NCBI RefSeq assembly: GCF_035594765.1
Contig: NW_026943818.1
Location: 20,038,724-20,102,723 of the forward strand
From: Anolis carolinensis
Taxonomy: Eukaryota
Length of the DNA stretch: 64,000 nt
Direction: 5' to 3'
Shown here: piece after piece, positions 1-12,723 of the stretch
How positions within the stretch are numbered: the stretch's first letter is position 1
How the letters are laid out: each line of letters begins with the position of its first letter
Made by a program: the position numbers and the translations under genes
Notes under the pieces: generated by a model
Database searches by the model: none
What the model was told of the DNA's origin: nothing
Seen by the model: the letters and a program-made list of their open reading frames with translations, nothing else

Positions 1-966
1 GAAGAAAACATACTTCACTATCAGAACTTTCCAGGAAATGCAATCATCACAGTTTAATTGTGGAATTTGGAAGGAAGCAACTGCACAGTGAAATTACCAA
101 TCCAATGACAGATGAATGAGTGAATGAATTGTATTACGGTCACAGACAATGAGTTTAAAATATTAATATTTTTTTAAAAATATTTTAAAACCAGAAGTTC
201 AGAATATGCAACCATCATTATGGGCTTCCTTTATCTGCAGATATAGATATCAAAACGAGTAGATGAAAACATGATCCACTACAATCCACTATATTCACTA
301 TTATAATTGTATATTTATATTACATGCAATATTACTAATAATATTGCAATATAGTCATATAATGTAATATATTGTATGTATATATACTTGTAAACCGCCC
401 TGAGTCCCCTTCGGGGTGAGAAGGGCGGGATATAAATGTCGCAAATAAATAAATAAAATCATCCGCAATGCTATACTATACTAATAATATAACACATTGT
501 ATATGCATATAATAGTAATATTATAATGTAATACAGTATAATAATTATACACTATTATAATGGTATATTTATATTACATGTAATATTACTAATAATATTA
601 CAATATAGTGTTATAGCAATATAATGCTTATATTGTGCTATGCGAATAATATAATATATTGTATATACATATGACTTGTGAACCACTCTGAGTCCTCTTC
701 GGGGTGAGAAGGGCGGGATATAAATGTCACTAATAAATAAGATAAATAAATAATAAATAATATACCTCCTTATAGTAGTTCTATCACTACTATACTAATT
801 CTATCACTACTATATGTAATAAAATGCATTATTGTTGTTATTGAAACTTAGCTACTTCCCTCTATGAGACATTTTAAATAATGTTCATCATGTCTGCCAG
901 GGATCTTCTGTACAATAATTGCAAATAAATACATAAATACATAATAATAAATAAACAGCTCTGCAC

Positions 967-1065
967 CTGTGCCAAGGCCAGGCTGAATCCAGGACGGGAT
1001 GCCTCTCGCGTGGCTCCTAATCCCACAACCAGGCGCTTCAAAGTGTATTTCAACAGGTCGCTATC
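967..1065 (-). CDS. MYBBP1A: MYB-binding protein 1A, coding exon 2 (DSDLLKYTLKRLVVGLGATREASRPGFSLALAQ); gene continues off the left edge
   Basis: Hand translation resembles the MYBBP1A KYALKRLITGLG..ARP..SLALAQ segment. Acceptor ttttttttAG, donor GTgcag, 99 nt, phase 0/0 with exon 1. Absent from the ORF track. Confidence 0.93.
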
Positions 1066-1204
1066 CTAAAAAAAAGCAAATTATGGAGACATTGAAACAA
1101 GGCCTCGTTGCTTTTTTAATAGAGTGTGCATGGCCATCTGCCAGGAGGGATCTGATTGCGGCTTTCTTGGGGTTGGACTCTATGGCCCTTGAAGCTCCCT
1201 TCCA

Positions 1205-3840
1205 ATTCTAGGGTATTATTATTATTAAGCAAAGGCTGGATGGCTCTCTGTCAGGAGGGTTGGATTATGTTTTCAAACTCTACGCTATTACTATTATAAT
1301 TATCATTATTAAGTAGAGGCTGGATGGCCCTCTGTCAGGAGGGATTGGATGGTGTCTTCCACTTAGGATATTATTATTATTACTATTATTATTATTATTA
1401 TTAAGTAGAGGCTGGATGGCCCTCTGTCGGGAGGGTTGGTTGGTGTCTTCAAACTCTAGGATATTATCATTATTATTATTATTATTATTATTAAACAGAG
1501 GCTGGATGGCTCTCTGTCGGGAGGGTTGGAGTATTTCTTCAAACTCTAGGTGATTGCTATAATAATAATAATAATTATTATTAAGTAGAGGCTGGATGGC
1601 CCTCTATCAGGAGAGATCGGATGGTGTCTTCCAATTAGGATATTATTATTATTAAGTAGAGGCTGGATGGCTGTCGGGAGGGTGGGATGGCGTTTTCGAA
1701 CTCTAGGATATTATTATTATTATTAAACAGAGGCTGGATGGCCCTCTGTCGGGAGGGTTGGATTATGTCTTCGAACTCTAGGCTATTATTATTATTATAA
1801 TTATCATTATTAAGTAGAGGCTGGATGGCCCTCTGTCGGGAGGGTTGGGTGGCATCTTCGAACTCTAGGATATCATTATTATTATTATTATTACTAAACA
1901 GAGGATGGATGGCCTTCTGTTGGAAGGGATTGGACAGTGTTTTCCCACTCTAGGATATTATTATGATAATTATTATTATTCAATAGAGCCTGGATGGCCC
2001 TCTGTTGCGAGGGATTGGACGGTGTCTTCCAACTCTAGGATATTATTATCATCATTATTATTAAGTATTATTATAATATATTGTATATACATGTAATATT
2101 AATAATATGATGATGATATAACACAATGTAATAATAATTATAATTCACTATTATAATTGTATATTTTTATTACATGCAATATTACTAATAATATTGCAAT
2201 ATAGTCATATAATATAATATATTGTATGTATATATACTTGTAAACCGCCCTGAGTCCCCTTCGGAGTGAGAAGGGCGGGATATAAATGTCGCAAATAAAT
2301 AATAAATAAGTAGAGGCTGGAAGGCCCTCTGTTAGGAGGTATCAAATGGTGTCTTCCAACTCTAGGATATTATTATTATCATTATTATTAAGTAGAGGCT
2401 GGAAGGCCCTCTGTTGGGAGGTATCAAATGGTGTCTTCCAACTCTAGCATATTATCATTATTATTAAGTAGAGGCTGGAAGGCCTTCTGTTGGGAGGTAT
2501 CAAATGGTGTTTTCCAACTCTAGCATATTATTATTATTCTTAAGTAGAGGCTGGAAGGCCCTCTGTTGGGAGGTATCAAATGGTGTCTTCCAACTCTAGC
2601 ACATTATTATTAATTAGAAGCTGGAAGGCCCTCTGTTGGGAGGTATCAAATGATGTCTTCCAACTCTAGCATATTATTATTATCATTGAGGCTGGAAGGC
2701 CCTCTGTTGGGAGGTATCAAATGGTGTCTTCCAACTCTAGCATATTATTATCATTATTATTGAGGCTGGAAGGCCCTCTGTTGGGAGGCATCAAATGGTG
2801 TCTTCCAACTCTAGCATATTATTATTCTTAAGTAGAGGCTGGAAGGCCCTCTGTTGGGAGGTATCAAATGGTGTCTTCCAACTCTAGCACATTATTATTA
2901 ATTAGAAGCTGGAAGGCCTTCTGTTGGGAGGTATCAAATGATGTCTTCCAACTCTAGCATATTATTATTATCATTGAGGCTGGAAGGCCCTCTGTTGGGA
3001 GGTATCAAATGGTGTCTTCCAACTCTAGCATATTATTATTATTATTATTATTATTATTGAGGCTGGAAGGCCCTCTGTTGGGAGGCATCAAATGGTGTCT
3101 TCCAACTCTAGCATATTATTATTCTTAAGTAGAGGCTGGAAGGCCCTCTGTTGGGAGGTATCAAATGGTGTCTTCCAACTCTAGCATATTATTATTCTTA
3201 AGTAGAGGCTGGAAGGCCCTCTGTTGGGAGGCATCAAATGGTGTCTTCCAACTCTAGCATATTATTATTCTTAAGTAGAGGCTGGAAGGCCCTCTGTTGG
3301 GAGGTATCAAATGGTGTCTTCCAACTCTAGCATATTATCATTATTCTTAAGTAGAGGCTGGAAGGCCCTCTGTTGGGAGGTATCAAATGGTGTCTTCCAA
3401 CTCTAGCACATTATTATTAATTAGAAGCTGGAAGGCCTTCTGTTGGGAGGTATCAAATGATGTCTTCCAACTCTAGCATATTATTATTATCATTGAGGCT
3501 GGAAGGCCCTCTGTTGGGAGGTATCAAATGGTGTCTTCCAACTCTAGCATATTATTATTATTATTATTATTGAGGCTGGAAGGCCCTCTGTTGGGAGGCA
3601 TCAAATGGTGTCTTCCAACTCTAGCATATTATTATTCTTAAGTAGAGGCTGGAAGGCCCTCTGTTGGGAGGTATCAAATGGTGTCTTCCAACTCTAGCAC
3701 ATTATTATTAATTAGAAGCTGGAAGGCCTTCTGTTGGGAGGTATCAAATGATGTCTTCCAACTCTAGCATATTATTATTATCATTGAGGCTGGAAGGCCC
3801 TCTGTTGGGAGGTATCAAATGGTGTCTTCCAACTCTAGCA

Positions 3841-3886
<46 letters not shown>

Positions 3887-5117
3887 GAGGCTGGAAGGCC
3901 CTCTGTTGGGAGGCATCAAATGGTGTCTTCCAACTCTAGCATATTATTATTCTTAAGTAGAGGCTGGAAGGCCCTCTGTTGGGAGGTATCAAATGGTGTC
4001 TTCCAACTCTAGCATATTATTATTCTTAAGTAGAGGCTGGAAGGCCCTCTGTTGGGAGGCATCAAATGGTGTCTTCCAACTCTAGCATATTATTATTCTT
4101 AAGTAGAGGCTGGAAGGCCCTCTGTTGGGAGGTATCAAATGGTGTCTTCCAACTCTAGCATATTATCATTATTCTTAAGTAGAGGCTGGAAGGCCCTCTG
4201 TTGGGAGGTATCAAATGGTGTCTTCCAACTCTAGCACATTATTATTAATTAGAAGCTGGAAGGCCTTCTGTTGGGAGGTATCAAATGATGTCTTCCAACT
4301 CTAGCATATTATTATTATCATTGAGGCTGGAAGGCCCTCTGTTGGGAGGTATCAAATGGTGTCTTCCAACTCTAGCATATTATTATTATTATTATTATTG
4401 AGGCTGGAAGGCCCTCTGTTGGGAGGCATCAAATGGTGTCTTCCAACTCTAGCATATTATTATTCTTAAGTAGAGGCTGGAAGGCCCTCTGTTGGGAGGT
4501 ATCAAATGGTGTCTTCCAACTCTAGCACATTATTATTAATTAGAAGCTGGAAGGCCTTCTGTTGGGAGGTATCAAATGATGTCTTCCAACTCTAGCATAT
4601 TATTATTATCATTGAGGCTGGAAGGCCCTCTGTTGGGAGGTATCAAATGGTGTCTTCCAACTCTAGCATATTATTATTATTATTATTATTATTGAGGCTG
4701 GAAGGCCCTCTGTTGGGAGGCATCAAATGGTGTCTTCCAACTCTAGCATATTATTATTCTTAAGTAGAGGCTGGAAGGCCCTCTGTTGGGAGGTATCAAA
4801 TGGTGTCTTCCAACTCTAGCATATTATTATTCTTAAGTAGAGGCTGGAAGGCCCTCTGTTGGGAGGCATCAAATGGTGTCTTCCAACTCTAGCATATTAT
4901 TATTCTTAAGTAGAGGCTGGAAGGCCCTCTGTTGGGAGGTATCAAATGGTGTCTTCCAACTCTAGCATATTATTATTATCATTATTATTGAGGCTGGAAG
5001 GCCCTCTGTTGGGAGGCATCAAATGGTGTCTTCCAACTCTAGCATATTATTATTCTTAAGTAGAGGCTGGAAGGCCCTCTGTTGGGAGGTATCAAATGGT
5101 GTCTTCCAACTCTAGCA

Positions 5118-5148
<31 letters not shown>

Positions 5149-6800
5149 GAGGCTGGAAGGCCCTCTGTTGGGAGGCATCAAATGGTGTCTTCCAACTCTA
5201 GCATATTATTATTCTTAAGTAGAGGCTGGAAGGCCCTCTGTTGGGAGGCATCAAATGGTGTCTTCCAACTCTAGCATATTATTATTATTATCATTGAGGC
5301 TGGAAGGCCCTCTGTTGGGAGGTATCAAATGGTGTCTTCCAACTCTAGCATATTATTATTATCATTATTATTGAGGCTGGAAGGCCCTCTGTTGGGAGGT
5401 ATCAAATGGTGTCTTCCAACTCTAGCATATTATTATTATCATTATTATTGAGGCTGGAAGGCCCTCTGTTGGGAGGTATCAAATGGTGTCTTCCAACTCT
5501 AGCATATTATTATTATCATTATTATTGAGGCTGGAAGGCCCTCTGTTGGGAGGTATCAAATGGTGTCTTCCAACTCTAGCATATTATTATTATCATTATT
5601 ATTGAGGCTGGAAGGCCCTCTGTTGGGAGGTATCAAATGGTGTCTTCCAACTCTAGCATATTATTATTATCATTATTATTGAGGCTGGAAGGCCCTCTGT
5701 TGGGAGGTATCAAATGGTGTCTTCCAACTCTAGCATATTATTATTATCAGTATTATCGAGGCTGGAAGGCCCTCTGTTGGGAGGTATCAAATGGTGTCTT
5801 CCAACTCTAGCATATTATTATTATCAGTATTATCGAGGCTGGAAGGCCCTCTGTTGGGAGGTATCAAATGGTGTCTTCCAACTCTAGCATATTATTATTA
5901 TTATTATTATTGAGGCTGGAAGGCCCTCTGTCGGGAGGTATCAAATGGTGTCTTCCAACTCTAGCATATTATTATTATCATTATTATTGAGGCTGGAAGG
6001 CCCTCTGTCGGGAGGTATCAAATGGTGTCTTCCAACTCTAGCATATTATTATTATTATTATTATTGAGGCTGGAAGGCCCTCTGTTGGGAGGTATCAAAT
6101 GGTGTCTTCCAACTCTAGCATATTATTATTATTATTATTATTGAGGCTGGAAGGCCCTCTGTTGGGAGGCATCAAATGGTGTCTTCCAACTCTAGCATAT
6201 TATTATTCTTAAGTAGAGGCTGGAAGGCCCTCTGTTGGGAGGTATCAAATGGTGTCTTCCAACTCTAGCATATTATTATTATTATTATCATTGAGGCTGG
6301 AAGGCCCTCTGTTGGGAGGTATCAAATGGTGTCTTCCAACTCTAGCATATTATTATTATCATTATTATTGAGGCTGGAAGGCCCTCTGTCGGGAGGTATC
6401 AAATGGTGTCTTCCAACTCTAGCATATTATTATTATTATTATTATTGAGGCTGGAAGGCCCTCTGTTGGGAGGTATCAAATGGTGTCTTCCAACTCTAGC
6501 ATATTATTATTATTATTATTATTGAGGCTGGAAGGCCCTCTGTTGGGAGGCATCAAATGGTGTCTTCCAACTCTAGCATATTATTATTCTTAAGTAGAGG
6601 CTGGAAGGCCCTCTGTTGGGAGGTATCAAATGGTGTCTTCCAACTCTAGCATATTATTATTATCATTATTATTGAGGCTGGAAGGCCCTCTGTTGGGAGG
6701 TATCAAATGGTGTCTTCCAACTCTAGCATATTATTATTATCATTATTATTGAGGTTGGAAGGCCCTCTGTCGGGAGGGATCGGATGGCGTCTTCCACCTG
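1205..6800. repeat. Minisatellite filling MYBBP1A intron 1: ~52-bp CR1-3'-end-derived core plus variable (ATT)n; ~11 diverged units, then ~60 homogenised units
   Basis: Repeated aggctggaaggccctctgttgggaggtatcaaatggtgtcttccaactctagcat(att)n; the core resembles the CR1 3' end at 52960-53070. Confidence 0.95.
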
Positions 6801-6841
6801 GGGACGCCATGTGCCCAGGACGCCATGCTCCGGAGACCGAC

Positions 6842-7006
6842 CTTCCTCCTCTCCTTCAGGTGGGCCAGGAGTGCCTCGGTGGCGGCCACACGCCTCTCCT
6901 GCTCGGGCCTGGCGACCTCCCAGAAGAAGTCCAGGAACTCCCGGCCTTGGCCCAAGAGACGCGCCGCCGCCGAAGAAGACGCCTCCGAGCCGCCATCACT
7001 CTCCAT
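6842..7006 (-). CDS. MYBBP1A: MYB-binding protein 1A, coding exon 1 (MESDGG...REFLDFFWEVARPEQERRVAATEALLAHLKERRK)
   Basis: REFLDFFW..A.PEQE.R.AATE motif characteristic of the MYBBP1A N-terminus. CpG-rich, donor AAG|GTcggt at 6841, 165 nt. Confidence 0.93.
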
Positions 7007-7120
7007 GCTGGGAAAAAGGACCCGGATGCCAGCTTCCCATTCACGCGCAGGCACCTCCGCCTCCGAAAACAACTTCCGGCTCTCGGCTGCCCCAAGCGTA
7101 AGCGCCTGGCATTGCATGAG
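7007..7120 (-). promoter_or_regulatory. MYBBP1A 5'UTR/proximal promoter (small CpG-rich region, ETS/GABP-like ACTTCCGG near 7072)
   Basis: CpG-rich stretch immediately upstream of the ATG, with an ETS core. Confidence 0.5.
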
Positions 7121-7171
7121 GGGAGGTCGTTTGCATAGAAACCTAGAATCCAGAATGGGACTAGTAAAATA

Positions 7172-7579
7172 AATAATAATAAAACTTTATTTATACCCCG
7201 CCACCATCTCCCCAATGGGGACTCGGGGCGGCTTACATGGGGCCATGCCCAAGACAATACAGTAAACCATAACATAATACAATTAAATAATACATTACAT
7301 AAAATAAACAGTACAACATAAGATCAAAACAGCAATATAACACGAGCGGGCCGCAGGAATACTACATTTAAAAGCTAGATTAAAAAATTAAAACTCTGGG
7401 TGAGAAAGGGATCAGAATAAAACCTCGAGGGACGGGACATCAGATAGTGAACCAGTCTAGAGGATAAATATCGGGGGGGGGGGGGGAGTAGCATAGAACA
7501 TTTACTCTCCGAAAACACACCGGAAGAGCCATGTTTTTAAATCTTTCCTGAAGGCTAAAAGGGTGGGGGCTTGCCTGAT
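7172..7579 (-). mobile_element. L2-clade LINE 3' fragment
   Basis: Minus strand encodes IRQAPTLLAFRKDLKTWLF (L2-type ORF2 end), followed by a gtaagccgccccgagtcccc...gggtataaataaa tail. Confidence 0.7.
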
Positions 7580-9324
7580 TGGCACCTTCATTGAAAACAT
7601 GATGGAGCACTGGAAAACTGAACTGTTTGTTAGAAATGAAAGCTATGGGCTTGTCAACACCAGGAGAGGAATTTTCCAGGGAGACTCATTGTCCCCTCTG
7701 CTTTTCATTATTGCCATGATCCCTCTGTCACCAATCTTACAAAAAACAAATCTCAGCTATCAAACATCTAAGAATTCTCACAAAATTTCGCATCTGATGT
7801 ACATGGATGACCTGAAGCTGTATGGGAAAACAGAAACTGAAATCCAGTCTCTGACTAACACTGTCCGAATTTTTAGCACTGATATCAACATGGAGTTTGG
7901 TTTGGACAAATGTTCGACAGTGGCACTGAAGAAGGGGAAAATCATTGAAAGTGAGGGCATAAATATGCCTAATGGCCAAACAATAAGGTGTCACCAGCCA
8001 GAGGCCTATAAATATCTGGGCATATTACAGCTGGACAACATCAAGCATGAACATGTGAAAACTGTGGTCAGCAAAGAATACACACAAAGGGTCAGAAAAA
8101 TTCTCAAAAGCAAGCTCAATGGAGGCAACACCATCAAGGCCATAAACACCAGGGCCATACCTGTCATAAGATATACTGCTGGCATTATAAACTGGACACA
8201 GGCGGAACTGAACAATTTCGACAGAAAAACAAGAAAACTCATGACCATTCATCATTCCCTGCACCCTCGCAGTGATGTTGACCGGCTATATCTGCCTAGA
8301 AGATCAGGGGGCAGAGGACTCTTACAATAAAACAAGCAGTCAAAGAAGAAGAACATGCCCTGGCAGAATATGTCAAGCAAAGTGAAGAACCCGCTTTGAT
8401 TGAAGTCAAAAATCAGAAACTCCTCAAAGCACAGCAGACAAAAAACCAGTACAAGAAAACCGCACTACAAACTAGAGCTGACAGCTGGCACAACAAAACA
8501 TTGCATGGAAAGTTCCTTGACAAAATTGAAGGAAAAGCTGATAAGGAGAAGACCTGGCTCTGGCTCACAAATGGGACCCTGAAGAAGGAGACAGAAGGCC
8601 TGATCCTTGCAGCCCAGGAGCAAGACATCAGAACAAATGCAATTCAGGCCAAGATCGAAAAACCAGCTGATGACCCAAAATGCAGACTGTGCAAGGAAAC
8701 CGACGAAACCATTGATCATATCTTCAGCTGCTGTAAGAAAATTGCACAGACAGACTACAAACAGAGGCACAACTATGTGGCCCAAATGATTCATTGGAAC
8801 TTATGCCTCAAGTACCACCTCCCAACAGCAAAGAACTGGTGGGATCACAAACCTGCCAAAGTATTGGAAAATGAGCACACAAAAATACTGTGGGATTTCC
8901 GAATCCAGACTGACAAAGTTCTGGAACACAACACATCAGACATCACAGTTGTGGAAAAGAAAAAGGTTTGGATCATTGATGTCGCCATCCCAGGTGACAG
9001 TCGCATTGACGAAAAACAACAGGAAAAACTCAGCCACTATCAGGACCTCAAGATTGAACTTCAAAGACTCTGGCAGAAACCAGTGCAGTGGTCCCGGCGG
9101 TGATGGGCACATTGGGTGCTGTGCCAAAAGATCTCAGCCGGCATTTGGAAACAATAGACATTGACAAAATTACGATCTGCCAACTGCAAAAGGCCACCCT
9201 ACTGGGATCTGCGCGCATCATCCGAAAATACATCACACAGTCCTAGACACTTGGGAAGTGTTCGACTTGTGATTTTGTGATATGAAATCCAGCATATCTA
9301 TCTTGTTTGCTGTGTCATAATATA

Positions 9325-9370
<46 letters not shown>
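7580..9370 (+). mobile_element. 5'-truncated R4/Dong-clade non-LTR retrotransposon (RT, CCHC finger, restriction-like endonuclease), frameshifted
   Basis: GIFQGDSLSPLLF and YMDDLKL RT motifs; CRLC..ETIDHI..CC finger; RHN and (P/S)DI..IIDVAIP RLE motifs; ends in (TAA)n. Frame breaks near 8328 and 9088. Confidence 0.88.
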
Positions 9371-9371
<1 letters not shown>

Positions 9372-9800
9372 TTTTTATACCCCGCCTCTATCTCCCCAAA
9401 GGGGACTCAGGGCAGCTTACATGGGGCCAAGCCCGAATAAAAGCAGTAACAATATAAAACACAACAATAGACATGCACAATTATAAAAATTTAAACATTA
9501 CCCAATAAAAATAAATGACAAAAACTTAATAAAAGCATGGATTAAAATGGAGAGGTTGTAAAAATAGACTGGATAAGGTGCACCATATAAATATTGTAAA
9601 CACGAGGTGACTGATAAAGTGCTGCAAATTCTTGGAAGTGCAAATTGGGATGGAAATAGACCCTGTGTCTATATCAAGTTGACAAAGGTAAAAAGTGCAA
9701 ACCGGTACAAAAATGGTCACGGATTCAGGATGGGGATGAGCAATCTTTATCCAAAGACCTGAGTGAAGAGCCAGGTTTTCAAGCTCTTTCTGAATGCTAC
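9372..9800 (-). mobile_element. L2-clade LINE 3' fragment
   Basis: Same tail as 7172-7579; the minus strand has FRKSLKTWLF. Confidence 0.6.
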
Positions 9801-9953
9801 CATTCTGTATCTTTACATTCCATTTTTTTTTTTTTGCCTAAGTGGAGGCTCTTGCATGTGTTCCCGTTGAACTTCATTTTGTTAGTTTTGGCCAACCATC
9901 TCTCTGATCTGTTGAGATCGCTTTGAATTCTGCCCCTGTCTTCTGGAGTATTA

Positions 9954-10367
9954 CCTTGTTTCCCCAAAAATAAGACATCCTCAGAAAATAAGACCTAGTA
10001 GAGGTTTTGCTGAATTGCTAAATATAAGGCCTCCCCCAAAGGTAAGACCTAGCAAAGTTTTTGTTTGGAAGCATGCCCGCCAAACAGAGCACCAGAGCAT
10101 GCAGGAACGGTAAATGTACATACCAGTTGTACATTGAAATAATAGTAGTAACAAGAAACTCTTGATAAGATTCACAGTTTGTTTGGTTATGCTGGTTTTT
10201 GATGACAACTACTGTACAGTATATAATAAAGGTTCATTTTTTTTGTTCAACAATTAATGTGAATTCTTCTTCATGGAAAAATAAGACATCCCCTGAAAAT
10301 AAGACCTAGTGCATCTTTGGGAGAAAAAATTAATATAAGACATTGTCTTATTTTCGGGGAAACATGG
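9954..10367. mobile_element. Tc1/mariner (Tigger-like) MITE
   Basis: TIRs ccttgtttccccaaaaataagaca / tgtcttattttcggggaaacatgg, flanked by TA. Confidence 0.75.
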
Positions 10368-10431
10368 TAGGTTTCCTTCCCAATTTGTTCCCGTCTGCAA
10401 TCTTGGTGATCGTGCCTTCTTACATCTAACT

Positions 10432-10584
10432 CTGGGGTCCCCAAACTTTTTAAACAGGGGGCCAGTTCACGGTCCCTCAGACCATTGGAGGGCCAGACTA
10501 TAGTTTTTTTTTTTTTTTAAACTATGAACAAATTCCCATCAATGGGCTGCATGTAGCCCCCGGGCCTTAGTTTGGGGACCCCTG
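10432..10584. mobile_element. hAT-type MITE
   Basis: TIRs ctggggtccccaaact / agtttggggacccctg with a near-perfect 8-bp TSD (atctaact/atctaaat). Confidence 0.7.
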
Positions 10585-11175
10585 ATCTAAATCATTAATA
10601 GAGATGTTGAACAGAACCGGGCCCAGGATGGAACTCTGCTGATGGCACTCCACTCGTCACCTCTTTCCAGGATGAAGAGAAAGCATTGGGGAGAATCACC
10701 CTTTGGGTTTGTTCACTTAACCAATTACAGATCCATCTAATTGTAGTTTTGCCTAGCCCACATTGGACTAGTTTCCTTGCCAGAAGGTCATGGTGGACTT
10801 TATCAAAGGAAGGCCTTCCTGAAATCCAGATAATAATAATAATAATAACAATTTAATTTTTGTACCCCACCTCCATCTCCCCGAAGGGACTTGGGGCAGC
10901 TAACATGGGGCCAAGCCCAGGCAATTAAAATAAAACAAAATAAAAAGCATACATGACACGCGTTATCAACAGGTAAAAATAATAACACAGTAACATAATA
11001 AAACAGTCAAATGGTAACAGTAACATAATAAAACATAGTATAAAAACAGAACAGGAATTAATACTCTCCATCCACGGTGTTCCCTGCATCTACCCATCTT
11101 GTAACTCTTATTGAAAAAGAGATCAGATTAGCTTGGCATGACTTGTTTTTAATAAATCCACTTCACCTACCAACA

Positions 11176-11441
11176 GTAGGTTAAACCCTTGTGCCAGCAG
11201 GACTGCTGACTTGAAGGTTGGGTTGCTGACCTGAAGGTTGTCAGTTCGAATCCAACCCGGGGAGAGCGCAGATGAGCTCCCTCTATCAGCTCCATGGGGG
11301 ACACGAGAGATCCTTCCCACAAGGATGGGAAAAACCAAAACATCTGGGTAATGTCCCCTGGGCAACGTCCTTGCAGACGGCCAATTATCTCACACCAGAA
11401 ACGACTTGCAGTTTCTCAAGTCACGCCCGACACAAAAAAAA
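11176..11441 (+). mobile_element. tRNA-headed SINE (further copies at 32715-32970 + and 47248-47518 -)
   Basis: B-box-like gttcgaat, shared body, gacac(A)n tail, three similar copies in the window. Confidence 0.75.
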
Positions 11442-11734
11442 ACAAAACAAAACCTAGCAACAATCAATTCCCTTTAGCCCCAGCCAGTCCACTTCCTTTC
11501 TTCCCTTTCAATCTTCTCTGGGCCTGAAAGGGGTGGTCCTTTTAGATCAATCAGATATTTCGGACTTCAGCGACCACAATTCCCTACAGTTGGCAAGCTG
11601 AATGGGATTTTTGGGAGTTGAAGTCCAAACTAACTGGAGGACCAAAGGCTGGGAACCACTGTTTCAGTTCAACCTCTCCAATGAGGTTGAATTGAATCAT
11701 GAAGGCTCTGGGCCCCTACACACTTCCATATAAT

Positions 11735-12440
11735 ACAATTATTATACTAATAATAATACAATATAATAATATTAATTATATGTTACATATTAAATGTAAT
11801 ATTACTAATAACATTACCATATAATGATATAGTACAATATAGTAATTTCATGCTTATATTGTGCTATGCTAATAATATATTGTATTATTATATTAAATAT
11901 ATTGTACATTTAATTTCTAAGCTGCTCTGAGTCCCCTTTGGGGTGAGAAGAGCGGGATATAAATGTAATAAATAATAAACCATATAATGATATAGTACAA
12001 TATAGTAATTTAATGCTTATATTGTGCTATGCTAATAATATATTGTATTATTATATTAAATATATTGTACATTTAATTTCTAAGCCGCTCTGAGTCCTCT
12101 TCGGGGTGAGAAGAGTGGGATATAAATGTAATAAATAATAAACCATATAATGATATAGTACAATATAGTAATTTAATGCTTATATTCTGCTATGCTAATA
12201 ATATATTGTATGCTCATTTGATTTGTAAGCCGCTCTAGTCCCCTTTGGGGTGAGAAGAGCAGGATATAAATGTAATAAATAATAAACCATATAATGATAT
12301 AGTACAATATAGTAATTTGAGGCTTATATTGTGCTATGCTAATAATATATTGTATTATTATATTAAATATATTGTACATTTGATTTGTAAGCCCCTCTGA
12401 GTCCTCTTTGGGGTGAGGAGAGCGGGATATAAATGTAATA

Positions 12441-12472
<32 letters not shown>

Positions 12473-12684
12473 ATTATATGAATAATAATACAATATAATA
12501 ATATTAATTATTTATTATATATTAAATGTAATATTACAAATGATATTACCATATAATGATTTAGTACAAAATAGTAATTTAATGCTTATATTGTGCTATG
12601 CTCATAATATATTGTATGTTCATTTGATTTGTAAGCCCCTCTGAGTCCTCTTTGGGGTGAGAAGAGCGGGATATAAATGTAATA

Positions 12685-12723
<39 letters not shown>

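Larger units (their letters stand above)
9805..10830 (-). mobile_element. Degraded CR1 ORF2 (RT) fragment interrupted by two MITEs
   Basis: Minus-strand remnants YLDFRKAF, SILGPVLFNISINDLD and MKFN. Confidence 0.7.

Noticed and set aside
2310-6780. CRISPR-like appearance (constant repeat plus variable spacer)
   Set aside because: The spacers are only (ATT)n length variants rather than unique sequence, there are no cas genes, the context is a vertebrate intron, and the repeat derives from a CR1 tail.
2310-6780. CTCF-like CCAACAGAGGGCC on the minus strand of each unit
   Set aside because: It has two mismatches to the core and no upstream module, which is too weak to call without a matrix scan.
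7007-7117. 37-aa N-terminal extension of MYBBP1A suggested by the ORF track
   Set aside because: Similarity to MYBBP1A begins after the ATG at 7006, and the upstream ATG probably lies 5' of the TSS.
7563-9103. Long RT/endonuclease ORFs as an active element or domesticated gene
   Set aside because: The element is 5'-truncated and frameshifted, and the apparent start codon comes from adjacent inverted L2 sequence.
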